Part shown: piece by piece, positions 55,320 through 64,000 of the stretch
How positions within the stretch are numbered: position 1 is the first letter of the stretch
Layout: every line of letters starts with the position of its first letter
Assembly: GCA_024226555.1 (NCBI GenBank)
Contig: JAAELO010000754.1
Span: 41,222-105,221, forward strand
Direction of reading: 5' to 3'
Length of the DNA: 64,000 nt
Source of the DNA: Desulfobacterales bacterium
Lineage (GTDB): Bacteria > Desulfobacterota > Desulfobacteria > Desulfobacterales > JAAELO01
Made by a program: the position numbers and the translations under genes
The notes under the pieces: generated by a model
Seen by the model: the letters and a program-made list of their open reading frames with translations, nothing else
What the model was told of the DNA's origin: nothing
Database searches by the model: none

Positions 55320-57881
55320 ATGAGAAAAGTAAAAACTGATAGAAAATATAGTATAGCTTTTATGCTTACATCAAGCATTTTGGCTACAATCGTTCTGGTT
55401 TCATCCATTGCAATTTCTATTAGTTATATAAAAGCAACTGAAAATGCAAAAAATAGTCTTGAGAGGGACATAACAAAGAATCTTACTGAAATTACAGATA
55501 TACTTGAAATGCCCCTTTGGGCATACGATAGTGAAACTATAGAAGATATTGGTAAACTCTACTCAAGAAATGAAAGCATCGTAAAACTTAAAATCATCGA
55601 TTCACTCGGTATAACCCTATTTGAAACAGATAAAAAAGATAAAGGTAATACTTTAGGGAAAAGAGCTAGTGTTTTTCACAACAATAAAATAGCTGGAACT
55701 GTTGAAGTCGTACTTTCTGCAAGTAAATATGAAGAAGCCATTGAACAAATACTATCCTCGGGATCTGTTACTCTTTTGATTAACCTTACAGTTCTTTTGA
55801 TTTTAACAGGTTTTTTTCTTAGACGTTTTTTAAACAAACCTCTTAACAGATTAAGCGATATTGTTAACTCATACTCACTTGAAAAGTATTCCAGTGAAGA
55901 TTTTAAGATGCCATACAAAGAGTTTGTACCGGTTGTGAATGTTATTCAATCTATGAGTTTAAAAATTACAGAACAAATTGAAGATCTTAAAGCTGCTAAG
56001 AAAAAATACAGTGATATTTTTGAAAATGCTGTGGAAGGTATTTTTCAATTTGGTACTGATAACAAATTTATAGATGTAAATCCGGCCATGGCTAAAATCT
56101 TCGGCTACAAAAACCCAAAAGATCTTATAGACAATCAAAAAGCTGCTCCTTTTTTGAAATCAAAAGGTGTTTTAGGTTTAATAAAAAAGGAACTTGATCA
56201 GAATAATATTATTGAGACTTACGAGTTTGAGGGGCTAAACAAAGAAGGAGTTACCATATGGCTTTCAATGTCTGCAAAAACTGTTAAAGATGCAAATGGA
56301 AAAATAATATATTACGAAGGATCTCTTAAAAATATATCAGATTTAAAAGAGAAAAAACGTGCGGAAAGAAAACAAAAGGAAGCAGATGCAGCCAATAGAG
56401 CTAAAACTAATTTTCTCGCTAAAATGAGCCATGAGATTAGGACTCCTCTTAACTCGATACTTGGAATGGCTGAACTATTAGAACATACTAAGTGCAACAA
56501 AGATCAAACTGAGTATATAAATGTTTTACAATCTTCGGGAGAATTTCTTCAGGTTATAATAAATGATATACTCGATTTTTCAAAAATTGAAGCGGATCAA
56601 CTTGACCTTGAAGTTATTCCATTTAATATCATAAATATAGTAGAGGATGTTATTAATATCTTTTCAACAGGAAATAGGAATGTAACAGTATCTTTTAAAT
56701 TTATAAATAATATTGAACATATTCTTTTAGGAGATCCTGTTAGAATCCGTCAGGTACTTATTAACCTTGTTGGAAATGCTGTAAAATTCACAAAAAAAGG
56801 TAGTATTAAAATTGAGATAGACCCGAAGGAAATCTCTGAAAATAAAATAAAAACAGAGTTTAAAATTATTGATACAGGGATAGGTATTGATAAATCAAAA
56901 CTTGAAATGATTTTTCAAAGTTTCTCCCAGGCAGACTCTTTTACAAACAGACAATACGGAGGTACTGGTTTAGGTCTTGCTATATCAAGAAGACTTGTAG
57001 AAGCAATGGGTGGGACATTAAATGTTAAAAGTAAGATTAATGAGGGGTCTGTATTTTTTTTCACCCTTGAATTTTCAATATCTGATTTAATTAAAAAAGT
57101 TTCATTCAGTGAAACAGAAGAGATTAAAACTATTCCTGAATTAAAAATATTATTAGCCGACGATATTGAACCAAACAGAACTGTTATACATAAATATTTA
57201 CAGGATTTTCCTGTTAAAATAATTGATGCAGATAATGGTGAAATAGCCTTTGATCTTTTCAAAAAAGAGAAATTTGATCTTATTTTAATGGATGTCGAGA
57301 TGCCGGTTATGAATGGTCTAACTGCTACAAAAGCAATCAGAAAGCTTGAAAAAGAAAACTCAGCACCAGCTGTTCCATTAATAATTATTTCAGCCCATGC
57401 ATTTGGAGAACAGAAACTAAAATGCTTTGAAGCTGGATGTGACAGATTGATTGTTAAACCTGTTAGAAGAGCTGAGCTGATCAACAATATTTCAGATATT
57501 TTCCAAATTAGTGACAGAATAGAGAGAATAGCAGATACTAAAAAAGTAGAAGATATCCCGAAGAATAATAATGAAGAAGCAAATATTATATACATAGATA
57601 ATATCTTTGAAGATCTTATACCAGATTTTTTCATATATTTTAAGGAAACCCTTGAAGTTATGGATAAAGCACTTTTGGCAAGAAACTTTGATGATCTTTA
57701 CAGATTAGGTCATGGTTTAAAAGGTTCCTCAAGGAATTATGAATTATACGACCTTGGAGAAATTTTTATGAGTATTGAGCATGCATCTGAGAAAAAATCT
57801 ATAACTGATATTACACTTAAAATGAATGAAGCCAGGAAATACATAAACAAGATTAACGTTGAGTTTATACAAAAGGATTAA
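55320..57881 (+). CDS. hybrid sensor histidine kinase (TM sensor, HAMP, PAS, HisKA, HATPase, REC, HPt)
   Basis: The H-box is MSHEIRTPLNSILG and G-boxes are DTGIGI and GGTGLGLAIS. The receiver has ILLADDIEPNR...LILMDVEMPVMNG. The C-terminal HPt has LYRLGHGLKGSS. Confidence 0.85.
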   Translation: MRKVKTDRKYSIAFMLTSSILATIVLVSSIAISISYIKATENAKNSLERDITKNLTEITDILEMPLWAYDSETIEDIGKLYSRNESIVKLKIIDSLGITLFETDKKDKGNTLGKRASVFHNNKIAGTVEVVLSASKYEEAIEQILSSGSVTLLINLTVLLILTGFFLRRFLNKPLNRLSDIVNSYSLEKYSSEDFKMPYKEFVPVVNVIQSMSLKITEQIEDLKAAKKKYSDIFENAVEGIFQFGTDNKFIDVNPAMAKIFGYKNPKDLIDNQKAAPFLKSKGVLGLIKKELDQNNIIETYEFEGLNKEGVTIWLSMSAKTVKDANGKIIYYEGSLKNISDLKEKKRAERKQKEADAANRAKTNFLAKMSHEIRTPLNSILGMAELLEHTKCNKDQTEYINVLQSSGEFLQVIINDILDFSKIEADQLDLEVIPFNIINIVEDVINIFSTGNRNVTVSFKFINNIEHILLGDPVRIRQVLINLVGNAVKFTKKGSIKIEIDPKEISENKIKTEFKIIDTGIGIDKSKLEMIFQSFSQADSFTNRQYGGTGLGLAISRRLVEAMGGTLNVKSKINEGSVFFFTLEFSISDLIKKVSFSETEEIKTIPELKILLADDIEPNRTVIHKYLQDFPVKIIDADNGEIAFDLFKKEKFDLILMDVEMPVMNGLTATKAIRKLEKENSAPAVPLIIISAHAFGEQKLKCFEAGCDRLIVKPVRRAELINNISDIFQISDRIERIADTKKVEDIPKNNNEEANIIYIDNIFEDLIPDFFIYFKETLEVMDKALLARNFDDLYRLGHGLKGSSRNYELYDLGEIFMSIEHASEKKSITDITLKMNEARKYINKINVEFIQKD

Positions 57882-57886
57882 ATCCA

Positions 57887-59347
57887 ATGAATAAAAACTT
57901 AGAACGAATAATTATAATTGATGATATCAGAACTGATCTTCATCTTATAGGTAAACTTATAACAAGTTTTGGTTATGAATCTGTTCTTTCAGACTCTGCA
58001 GTTTCAGCCTATGAAATATTGGATGACTCCTTTGATCTTATAATTGTTGATGCCCTGATGCCCGAAATGACAGGTTTTGAGTTAGTTACAAGAATTCGTG
58101 AAAACAAAAATTTATCCCATATTCCTGTTATAATGGTGACATCACTTTCAGGAAGAGCTGATAGAATCAGAGCTGTTGAATCAGGCATCAATGATTACAT
58201 TACAAAACCTGTTGATAAAGTTGAACTAAAAGTTCGTGTAAACTCAATGCTTAAAATGAAAGCTGCACAGGATGAGGTGAGAACCTATCAGGCACAACTT
58301 GTGAAACTTGTAAAACAAAAAACAAGCGATCTTAGTAAAACTCTTTTTAAACTTCAAGCTGTGTTAGATGGGATTAACGATGCAATGATTGCTATTGATA
58401 AAAATGGCGTAATTACTGAATCAAACTTTGCATTTCAGAAATTAACAGGTAAATCAGATAAAACCCTTAAGAATAGCTTAGTTTTCGATTTTATAGGAGA
58501 AGATCAAGTCGATGTTTTTAATAAACTTATATCTACAGATATTGAAACTGAGTTGGACATGGAATTCAAAAACTGGGGTAATAAAACTTTCTCAATTCTT
58601 GTAACCCCAATGGAAAAAGCAAATATTTTTATGATGAGGGATATTACAGAAAAAACCAGGGTTGATTCACAAAGAAGCCGTTTTTTATCTATTCTCTCAC
58701 ATGAATTGAGAACTCCTCTTAATGGTATTGTGGGAATATCTGAATTGATTTTAGATAATGAAAATCTTGATGATGAAATAAGAGAAGATGTTAATATAAT
58801 ACTGGATAGTGGTAGGGACCTGGATACCATAGTTAATGAAATACTTAAATTTGTTCAAATCAATGAAAGAGATGAAACAAGAGAAGATAAAATTAATATA
58901 AATGATACTATACTGAATGTGTTTCAGATGTTTGAAGATGAAAGAAATAAAAAGAACATTGATCTTTCACTAACACTTGATTCTGATTGTAAAAATGCTG
59001 TCATATCAGCAATCCCTGATCATATAACCGAGATTGTGAAACAGATTATTGAAAACTCAATTAAATTCGGTAGAAATGATGGTTATACTAAAATCAAACT
59101 ATCAAAAGAGAATGATTTTTTTATAATAAATGTTTCAGATAATGGTCTTGGAATTCCAACTGAAAAAATACCAAGAATTTATGAATCTTTTTATCAGGCT
59201 GAGGATTACACAATAAGAAAAAACAGTGGATTAGGTTTAGGGCTGACAATTACAAAAAAACTACTTGAGATATATAATGGTTCCATTCATATTAAAAGTA
59301 AAGTTGATGCTGGAACAGAAGTAATTGTAATGATTCCATCGAACTAA
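57887..59347 (+). CDS. response regulator - PAS - histidine kinase
   Basis: The receiver has IIIIDDIRTD...LIIVDALMPEMTGF. A PAS segment follows, then the H-box LSHELRTPLNGIVG and HATPase motifs DNGLGI and GLGLGLTI. Confidence 0.85.
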   Translation: MNKNLERIIIIDDIRTDLHLIGKLITSFGYESVLSDSAVSAYEILDDSFDLIIVDALMPEMTGFELVTRIRENKNLSHIPVIMVTSLSGRADRIRAVESGINDYITKPVDKVELKVRVNSMLKMKAAQDEVRTYQAQLVKLVKQKTSDLSKTLFKLQAVLDGINDAMIAIDKNGVITESNFAFQKLTGKSDKTLKNSLVFDFIGEDQVDVFNKLISTDIETELDMEFKNWGNKTFSILVTPMEKANIFMMRDITEKTRVDSQRSRFLSILSHELRTPLNGIVGISELILDNENLDDEIREDVNIILDSGRDLDTIVNEILKFVQINERDETREDKININDTILNVFQMFEDERNKKNIDLSLTLDSDCKNAVISAIPDHITEIVKQIIENSIKFGRNDGYTKIKLSKENDFFIINVSDNGLGIPTEKIPRIYESFYQAEDYTIRKNSGLGLGLTITKKLLEIYNGSIHIKSKVDAGTEVIVMIPSN

Positions 59348-61650
59348 TTTTTATTAATAATCTCTCCAAAAACATTAAAAATTTCCTCAAAAGAATATGG
59401 TTTTGGAATAACACCACTAAAACCATAATCACTGTAATTAGCCATTACAGGGTCATTTGAATATCCACTTGAAACAACAGACTTCACCTTAGGATCTATT
59501 TTCAGCAACTCCGTTATGGCTTCCTTTCCTCCCATTCCACCAGGAACTGTCAGGTCCATCATTACCAGATCAAAAGGATCTCCATCTTCAATTGACTCTT
59601 TATACATTTCAACGGCCTCTCTTCCATCCATCGCAAAATATGGCTCGTATCCAATTCTAACAAGTATTCGTTCGAGCATTTTAAGAAGAATTTCCTCATC
59701 ATCCATTATTAGAACCTTACCTTTCTTCATATTAACATCCTGGACAGATTTTTTTAAAATTAAAGGAATCTCTTTATCTGTTGCTTTCAGATAAATTATA
59801 AAAGTTGCACCATAATTTTTCTTTGAAATAACTTCTATTTTACCATGATGCTTTTCAACTATTGAATATGCGGTTGCAAGGCCTAACCCACTACCTTTTT
59901 TCTTTGTTGAATAATAAGGCTCAAATATTTTTTGATGATCATTTTCATTTATACCTGTTCCATGATCTGTTATCGATATCTTTATATAATCGCCTTTTTT
60001 AAGAAATTCTTTTTTAAAAGCGGCTAAATTTTCTATTCGGATATTTATATCACCACCCTTAGGCATAGCCTGGATAGAATTAATAACAAGATTACAAATA
60101 ACCTGATGGAGCTGACCTTCGTCTACTTCAGATCTCCACAAATTCTCCTGTATATCATAATGACAAAGCGTTTTTGATCCTCTGGTAACAAATTTTGATG
60201 CCTCAGTAACGATCTTGTCAACAGCACATACTGTTTTAACTGGGGTTCCCCCCTTTGAAAATGTAAGGAGTTGTTGTGTTAGACTTTGAGCTTGTATTGT
60301 TCCTTCCATCATATCTTTCAATATTGAGTGAATTTCATTTTCATGGTCAAATTTATTAAACAGATAAGAGATATTTCCCGTAATAACTCCCAGAATATTA
60401 TTAAAATCATGGGCAATTCCACCAGCAAGTGTCCCAATTGCATCCATCTTTTCAGAATGTTGCAGTTGAACTTCAAACTTCTTTCTATCAGTTATATCGC
60501 GGAGAATTGCTATGACCTCATTGTTACTAAACCTGTTAATACTTCCTTCATAGTATCTTTTGCCACATCCAGATAAATCAAGATCATATTCAAGATGCTC
60601 TACTTTATTACTTTCCAAGGCATCACAAACACACTTTATAATTTTATCAGCAATATCATCGGGCAAAATATCTTTAATATTTTTATCATTCAAGTTCTTA
60701 TCAAACTGACCTGAATTATCTGCTTTAAAATCCAGTATCAAACCTTCTCTTGTCATTATAAGCATAAGGTCAGGAATAGCGTTTAGAAGGGCTCTCGATT
60801 TTGCTTCACTTCTTTTTAATTTAACATCCCCACTTCTCTTCTTATTAAGATTTATGGAATAGCTTATAATTTGTCCACCAGTACCTGTAATCCCACCAAC
60901 AAGAACAGGTATTTTCGATCCATCTTTTCTGGTATACTCCTTTTCAAATGAAGTACAAAACCCCTTTTCTTTAACCTCTTTGATTTTCTTAAGTATTAAA
61001 TCATAATATTCCGTAGTCGTGATTTTTTCCCAACTTAATTTACCTTCTCTAAGATCTTCTCTGCTATAGCCAACTATTTCAAGAAATTTATCATTAGCAG
61101 ATACGACAGCACCTTTTGTTTCCCAGATTGCCATACCAAACATATTTGATTCAACTACTCTTCGAAATCTCTCCTCACTCTCTTTTAAACTTCTCTCCTT
61201 TTTTTTCTCCTCAGATAGATCCATCAGTATAGTTACCCTAACATTTTTTCCCATGTACTCAACACTATTAGGTCTTACCTCTACCTCAAATCTTTCCCCA
61301 CCTTTTCTCAATCCAATGACTTCATAATTTTCTATATTCCCATCAATGATTTTATTTTTTGCCTTTTTTATGGAGGTTTTATCAATTGTCAGTGCTAATG
61401 CATCTTCTCCTGATAACTCTTCTGGTGTGTATCCAAACATTTCATAATATTTATTATTTGCATATAAAATTCTGCCATCTTTGTGTAAAACAATAGCTTC
61501 ATAAAACATATTTAATAAAAAATGAAAATCCATATCAATTTTATTAATTTTTCTATATAACTCTTTTCTTTCTGGAGTTAAATCTCCATTTACTAATTCC
61601 CGAAGTAATAGAACCTCTTTTTCTAAATCTTCATAAGTTGGTTTATTCAT
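59344..61650 (-). CDS. multi-PAS hybrid histidine kinase with C-terminal receiver
   Basis: It has three PAS/PAC-like modules, the H-box LAGGIAHDFNNILGVITG, HATPase motifs DHGTGI and GSGLGLA, and a receiver with VLIMDDEEIL...LVMMDLTVPGGMGG. Confidence 0.85.
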   Translation of the reverse strand: MNKPTYEDLEKEVLLLRELVNGDLTPERKELYRKINKIDMDFHFLLNMFYEAIVLHKDGRILYANNKYYEMFGYTPEELSGEDALALTIDKTSIKKAKNKIIDGNIENYEVIGLRKGGERFEVEVRPNSVEYMGKNVRVTILMDLSEEKKKERSLKESEERFRRVVESNMFGMAIWETKGAVVSANDKFLEIVGYSREDLREGKLSWEKITTTEYYDLILKKIKEVKEKGFCTSFEKEYTRKDGSKIPVLVGGITGTGGQIISYSINLNKKRSGDVKLKRSEAKSRALLNAIPDLMLIMTREGLILDFKADNSGQFDKNLNDKNIKDILPDDIADKIIKCVCDALESNKVEHLEYDLDLSGCGKRYYEGSINRFSNNEVIAILRDITDRKKFEVQLQHSEKMDAIGTLAGGIAHDFNNILGVITGNISYLFNKFDHENEIHSILKDMMEGTIQAQSLTQQLLTFSKGGTPVKTVCAVDKIVTEASKFVTRGSKTLCHYDIQENLWRSEVDEGQLHQVICNLVINSIQAMPKGGDINIRIENLAAFKKEFLKKGDYIKISITDHGTGINENDHQKIFEPYYSTKKKGSGLGLATAYSIVEKHHGKIEVISKKNYGATFIIYLKATDKEIPLILKKSVQDVNMKKGKVLIMDDEEILLKMLERILVRIGYEPYFAMDGREAVEMYKESIEDGDPFDLVMMDLTVPGGMGGKEAITELLKIDPKVKSVVSSGYSNDPVMANYSDYGFSGVIPKPYSFEEIFNVFGEIINKN

Positions 61651-61787
61651 TTTATAGTCCTGATAAGGAAGTTTTTTTAGTATAATCTAATGATTTCATA
61701 AGCGAATTAGTTTCAGGTTGTGAACGATTAATTATGATATAATTATAACATTATTATTTCAAGGATTAAAAACATAATATTACCTAT

Positions 61788-61976
61788 AGGGAACCTATAA
61801 TAATAGATATTTTTGATACAATACAGATTATAAAAGCTTTTAGTTTTATAAAATCTCTATCTAACAAAAAATAACGAACTGGTTCGTTTATAAAAAACTT
61901 TAATTTATAAACATTACAGCAGTTTATTTTTGATATAACGAAGTATTTCAGATAAAGATCAGTTTTAAGAGATTCC
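61788..61976 (+). repeat. complete repeat, module B type (189 bp)
   Basis: GGGAACCTATAATAATAGATATTTTTGATACAATACAGATTATAAAAGCTTTTAGTTTTATAAAATCTCTATC...AACGAACTGGTTCGTT...GATCAGTTTTAAGAGATTCCC. Confidence 0.8.
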
Positions 61977-62205
61977 CTGTATTAATAATCTGTTTTTTTA
62001 TCAAACCCACTTAAATAGACATTCTAAAACAGATTCGTTGACTCAACCTTAATTTTACAATATAATAATTAAACAAGTTCTCATCTAAATCTCATTTCAA
62101 TTTTTTGTTAAGCATTTTGGATCTGAAGTTTTATTACTGCTCAAATGGTTATGGTGTTTCTATTTGAAATTAGAAAGTTTTATTAACCAATATAAGGGGG
62201 TAATT

Positions 62206-62802
62206 ATGCAAAAACATTCGATGCATTACGATGTATTAATTAAAGTAACCGAATCTATTTCACAGTGTAAAGATCCTGAAGAGGTTGCTTTATTAACTGC
62301 ACAGGCCGTTAAAACAGCTTTTAAGGCCAAAGGTTGTTCTGTTTTTATGGTTAACAGAAAAACCAAAGAACTTAGCCTTTCCGGATCATATGGGCTTAGT
62401 GAGGAATATCTGAATAAAGGACCGATACACTTTATGCAGGAGATTAAAGAAGTTAAAGATGCTATACCTGTTGCAATATATGATGTACTGGATGACCCAA
62501 GAATCGAATACCCCCTGGAGGCAAAAAAAGAAGGTATCGCATCCATTCTTGGAGTACCAATTGTGTCACAAAATACAATTATTGGTGCCCTTAGAGTGTA
62601 TACGTCTGAAAGATGGGAATTTTCTATTCAGGATGTGACAATGGTTCAGGCGGTTGCCCAGATTTGTGGTATGGCTATGGATATGTGCAGATTATACAAA
62701 GGATATAAGACGAGTATCGAAATATTAAAGAGTATGAGGGAAAGAGGTTCAATTGCTACAAAATGGACACCTTATGAAGGAGTTCCCAGAAGTAACGTAT
62801 AG
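62206..62802 (+). CDS. stand-alone GAF-domain protein
   Basis: AAGGGGG RBS before the ATG at 62206. The GAF-like core (PVAIYDVLDDPRIEY...ASILGVPIVSQNTIIGALRVYT) is followed by a strong terminator. Confidence 0.6.
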   Translation: MQKHSMHYDVLIKVTESISQCKDPEEVALLTAQAVKTAFKAKGCSVFMVNRKTKELSLSGSYGLSEEYLNKGPIHFMQEIKEVKDAIPVAIYDVLDDPRIEYPLEAKKEGIASILGVPIVSQNTIIGALRVYTSERWEFSIQDVTMVQAVAQICGMAMDMCRLYKGYKTSIEILKSMRERGSIATKWTPYEGVPRSNV

Positions 62803-62824
62803 AATTTTTTATATTTTTAAAAAA

Positions 62825-62852
62825 AGCCTGATTTTTATCAGGCTTTTTTTGT
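62825..62852. terminator. rho-independent terminator
   Basis: agcctgat-tttt-atcaggct is a perfect 8-bp stem, flanked by an A-run upstream and a T-run downstream, so it is bidirectionally competent. Confidence 0.7.
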
Positions 62853-63083
62853 TTTTAATATTAAAACAATGTTTTTTAATAGTTAACCATTTATACTTTT
62901 ACCAAACACTCAAATGATGTTTTAAGAAATTTTTCGATCAATAAAAGTGTTAAAAATCAATTTCTCTGTTTATTGTAATCATTGTTACTACTTAATTTTA
63001 AAAGATTTACTTGATTTATAACCTGTATTTAGGTAGTTTAATTTCAAAAAATTCAATATTCAAAACTTTCTGGAGATTATTAA

Positions 63084-64000
63084 ATGGAACTAAAGATTAC
63101 TGAAGCTGAGAGCCCTAAAACATTGCCAGATGAGTCAAGCCTGGGTTTTGGAACAATTTTTACTGACCATATGATGTTGATGGATTTTGATCAGGAAAAA
63201 GGATGGCATAACGCAAGAGTTGAACCATACCAAAAACTTATTATGGATCCGGCTGCTATGGTTCTGCATTATTCCCAGACAATTTTTGAAGGACTAAAAG
63301 CATATAGAACTGAAAATGGTAAAATCCAGCTTTTCAGACCAAAAGATAATATCAAAAGATTAAATACATCAGCAAGAAAGATGTGTATACCTGAAATGGA
63401 TGAAGATTTTCTCTTTGAATCCCTTAAAAAACTAATAAACCTTGAAGAAAGATGGGTTCCAAGAGAACCTGGAACATCATTATATATAAGACCTACAGTT
63501 ATTGCTGTTGATCCATATGTGGGACTTAGATCTTCCAATACATATCTTTTTTATATTATCTTATCTCCAGTTGGAGCATATTATGCTGAAGGTTTTAATC
63601 CCGTTAAAATATGGGTTTCAAAGGATTATGTAAGAGCTATCAGAGGTGGAGTTGGTGATGCAAAAACTGGTGGAAACTATGCCGCAAGCTTAAAAGCTAC
63701 TGAAGACGCTAACAAAAATGGTTATACTCAGGTACTTTGGCTTGATGGGGTTGAGCAAAAATATATTGAAGAAGTTGGGGCTATGAACATCTTCTTTATT
63801 ATAGATGATGAAATAATAACTCCTATGCTAAGTGGAAGTATTCTTCCTGGTATTACAAGAGATTCTGTAATATCGCTTGCAAAGAAATGGGGGCTGAAAA
63901 TTAGTGAACGCAGAATCAGTATTGATGAAATAGTTGAAGCCCATGAAAACGGAAAACTTAAAGAGGTTTTTGGTTCAGGCACAGCTGCTGTTATTTCTCC
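63084..64000 (+). CDS. ilvE: branched-chain amino acid aminotransferase (class IV PLP enzyme), 5' portion; ORF runs off the window end
   Basis: GGAG RBS sits 8 nt before the ATG at 63084. The translation MELKITEAESPKTLPDESSLGFGTIFTDHMM...YSQTIFEGLKAYR...LYIRP...GGVGDAKTGGNYAASL...GSGTAAVIS matches conserved IlvE blocks. It is absent from the supplied ORF track only because no stop occurs before position 64000. Confidence 0.85.
   Translation, partial: MELKITEAESPKTLPDESSLGFGTIFTDHMMLMDFDQEKGWHNARVEPYQKLIMDPAAMVLHYSQTIFEGLKAYRTENGKIQLFRPKDNIKRLNTSARKMCIPEMDEDFLFESLKKLINLEERWVPREPGTSLYIRPTVIAVDPYVGLRSSNTYLFYIILSPVGAYYAEGFNPVKIWVSKDYVRAIRGGVGDAKTGGNYAASLKATEDANKNGYTQVLWLDGVEQKYIEEVGAMNIFFIIDDEIITPMLSGSILPGITRDSVISLAKKWGLKISERRISIDEIVEAHENGKLKEVFGSGTAAVIS

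Noticed and set aside
2668-61976. Interpreting the repeated intergenic elements as a CRISPR array.
   Set aside because: Copies are separated by whole genes, spacing is irregular, units are 130-240 bp with inverted rather than direct termini, and no cas genes are present.
62164-62205. The 62164 start for the GAF protein.
   Set aside because: A strong AAGGGGG RBS precedes the in-frame ATG at 62206, so the upstream extension is probably not translated.
1-64000. Search for tRNA or rRNA genes and for transposase or integrase ORFs.
   Set aside because: No cloverleaf-compatible segments, rRNA-like conserved blocks, or DDE/HUH/tyrosine-recombinase motifs were found in any frame, so the repeats appear non-autonomous.

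Overview
The window is AT-rich (roughly one-third GC by eye) and gene-dense. It looks like a chromosomal region from a Gram-negative, probably anaerobic bacterium with very heavy investment in signal transduction. Features consistent with this are sigma-54 enhancer-binding regulators, Wza/Wzc/Wzx/Wzy polysaccharide export genes and many hybrid histidine kinases. I cannot assign a taxon from sequence alone. Content in order: (i) a ZraP/ZraS/ZraR-like envelope metal-stress module with divergent sigma-54 promoters (1-3420). (ii) A small redox/electrophile detox cluster of an HxlR regulator, a nitroreductase interrupted by an in-frame TAG, a secreted DJ-1/PfpI protein, an AhpD-like protein and a LysR regulator (3419-9244). 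(iii) An orphan macro-domain (TIGR02452/DUF2263-like) fusion protein (9348-10526). (iv) A run of two-component and c-di-GMP genes including a dual-SBP -> hybrid HK -> REC-HK -> REC-GGDEF operon (10596-20237). (v) A Wzx/Wzy-dependent exopolysaccharide locus of about 17 genes (20609-39014). (vi) A MocR-type regulator, an HK-REC-PilZ hybrid, a CreBC-like two-component pair, an acyltransferase, a flotillin-like SPFH protein, and a patatin-like protein whose nucleophile Ser is replaced by Cys (39873-54564). (vii) A tail-to-tail cluster of three large PAS/HPt hybrid kinases (55320-61650), a GAF protein with a clean intrinsic terminator, and the 5' part of ilvE (63084 onward). The most striking sequence-level signal is a very dense family of MITE-like intergenic repeats with 17-bp terminal inverted repeats (GGGAACCTCTAATAATT ... 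AATTATTAGAGRTTCCC) and a modular palindromic interior. It has at least 20 full, partial or solo copies and occupies nearly every intergenic gap. One copy sits inside the 5'UTR of the sigma-54-driven zraP-like gene and one supplies the stop codon of a glycosyltransferase. No transposase, CRISPR array, tRNA or rRNA was found.
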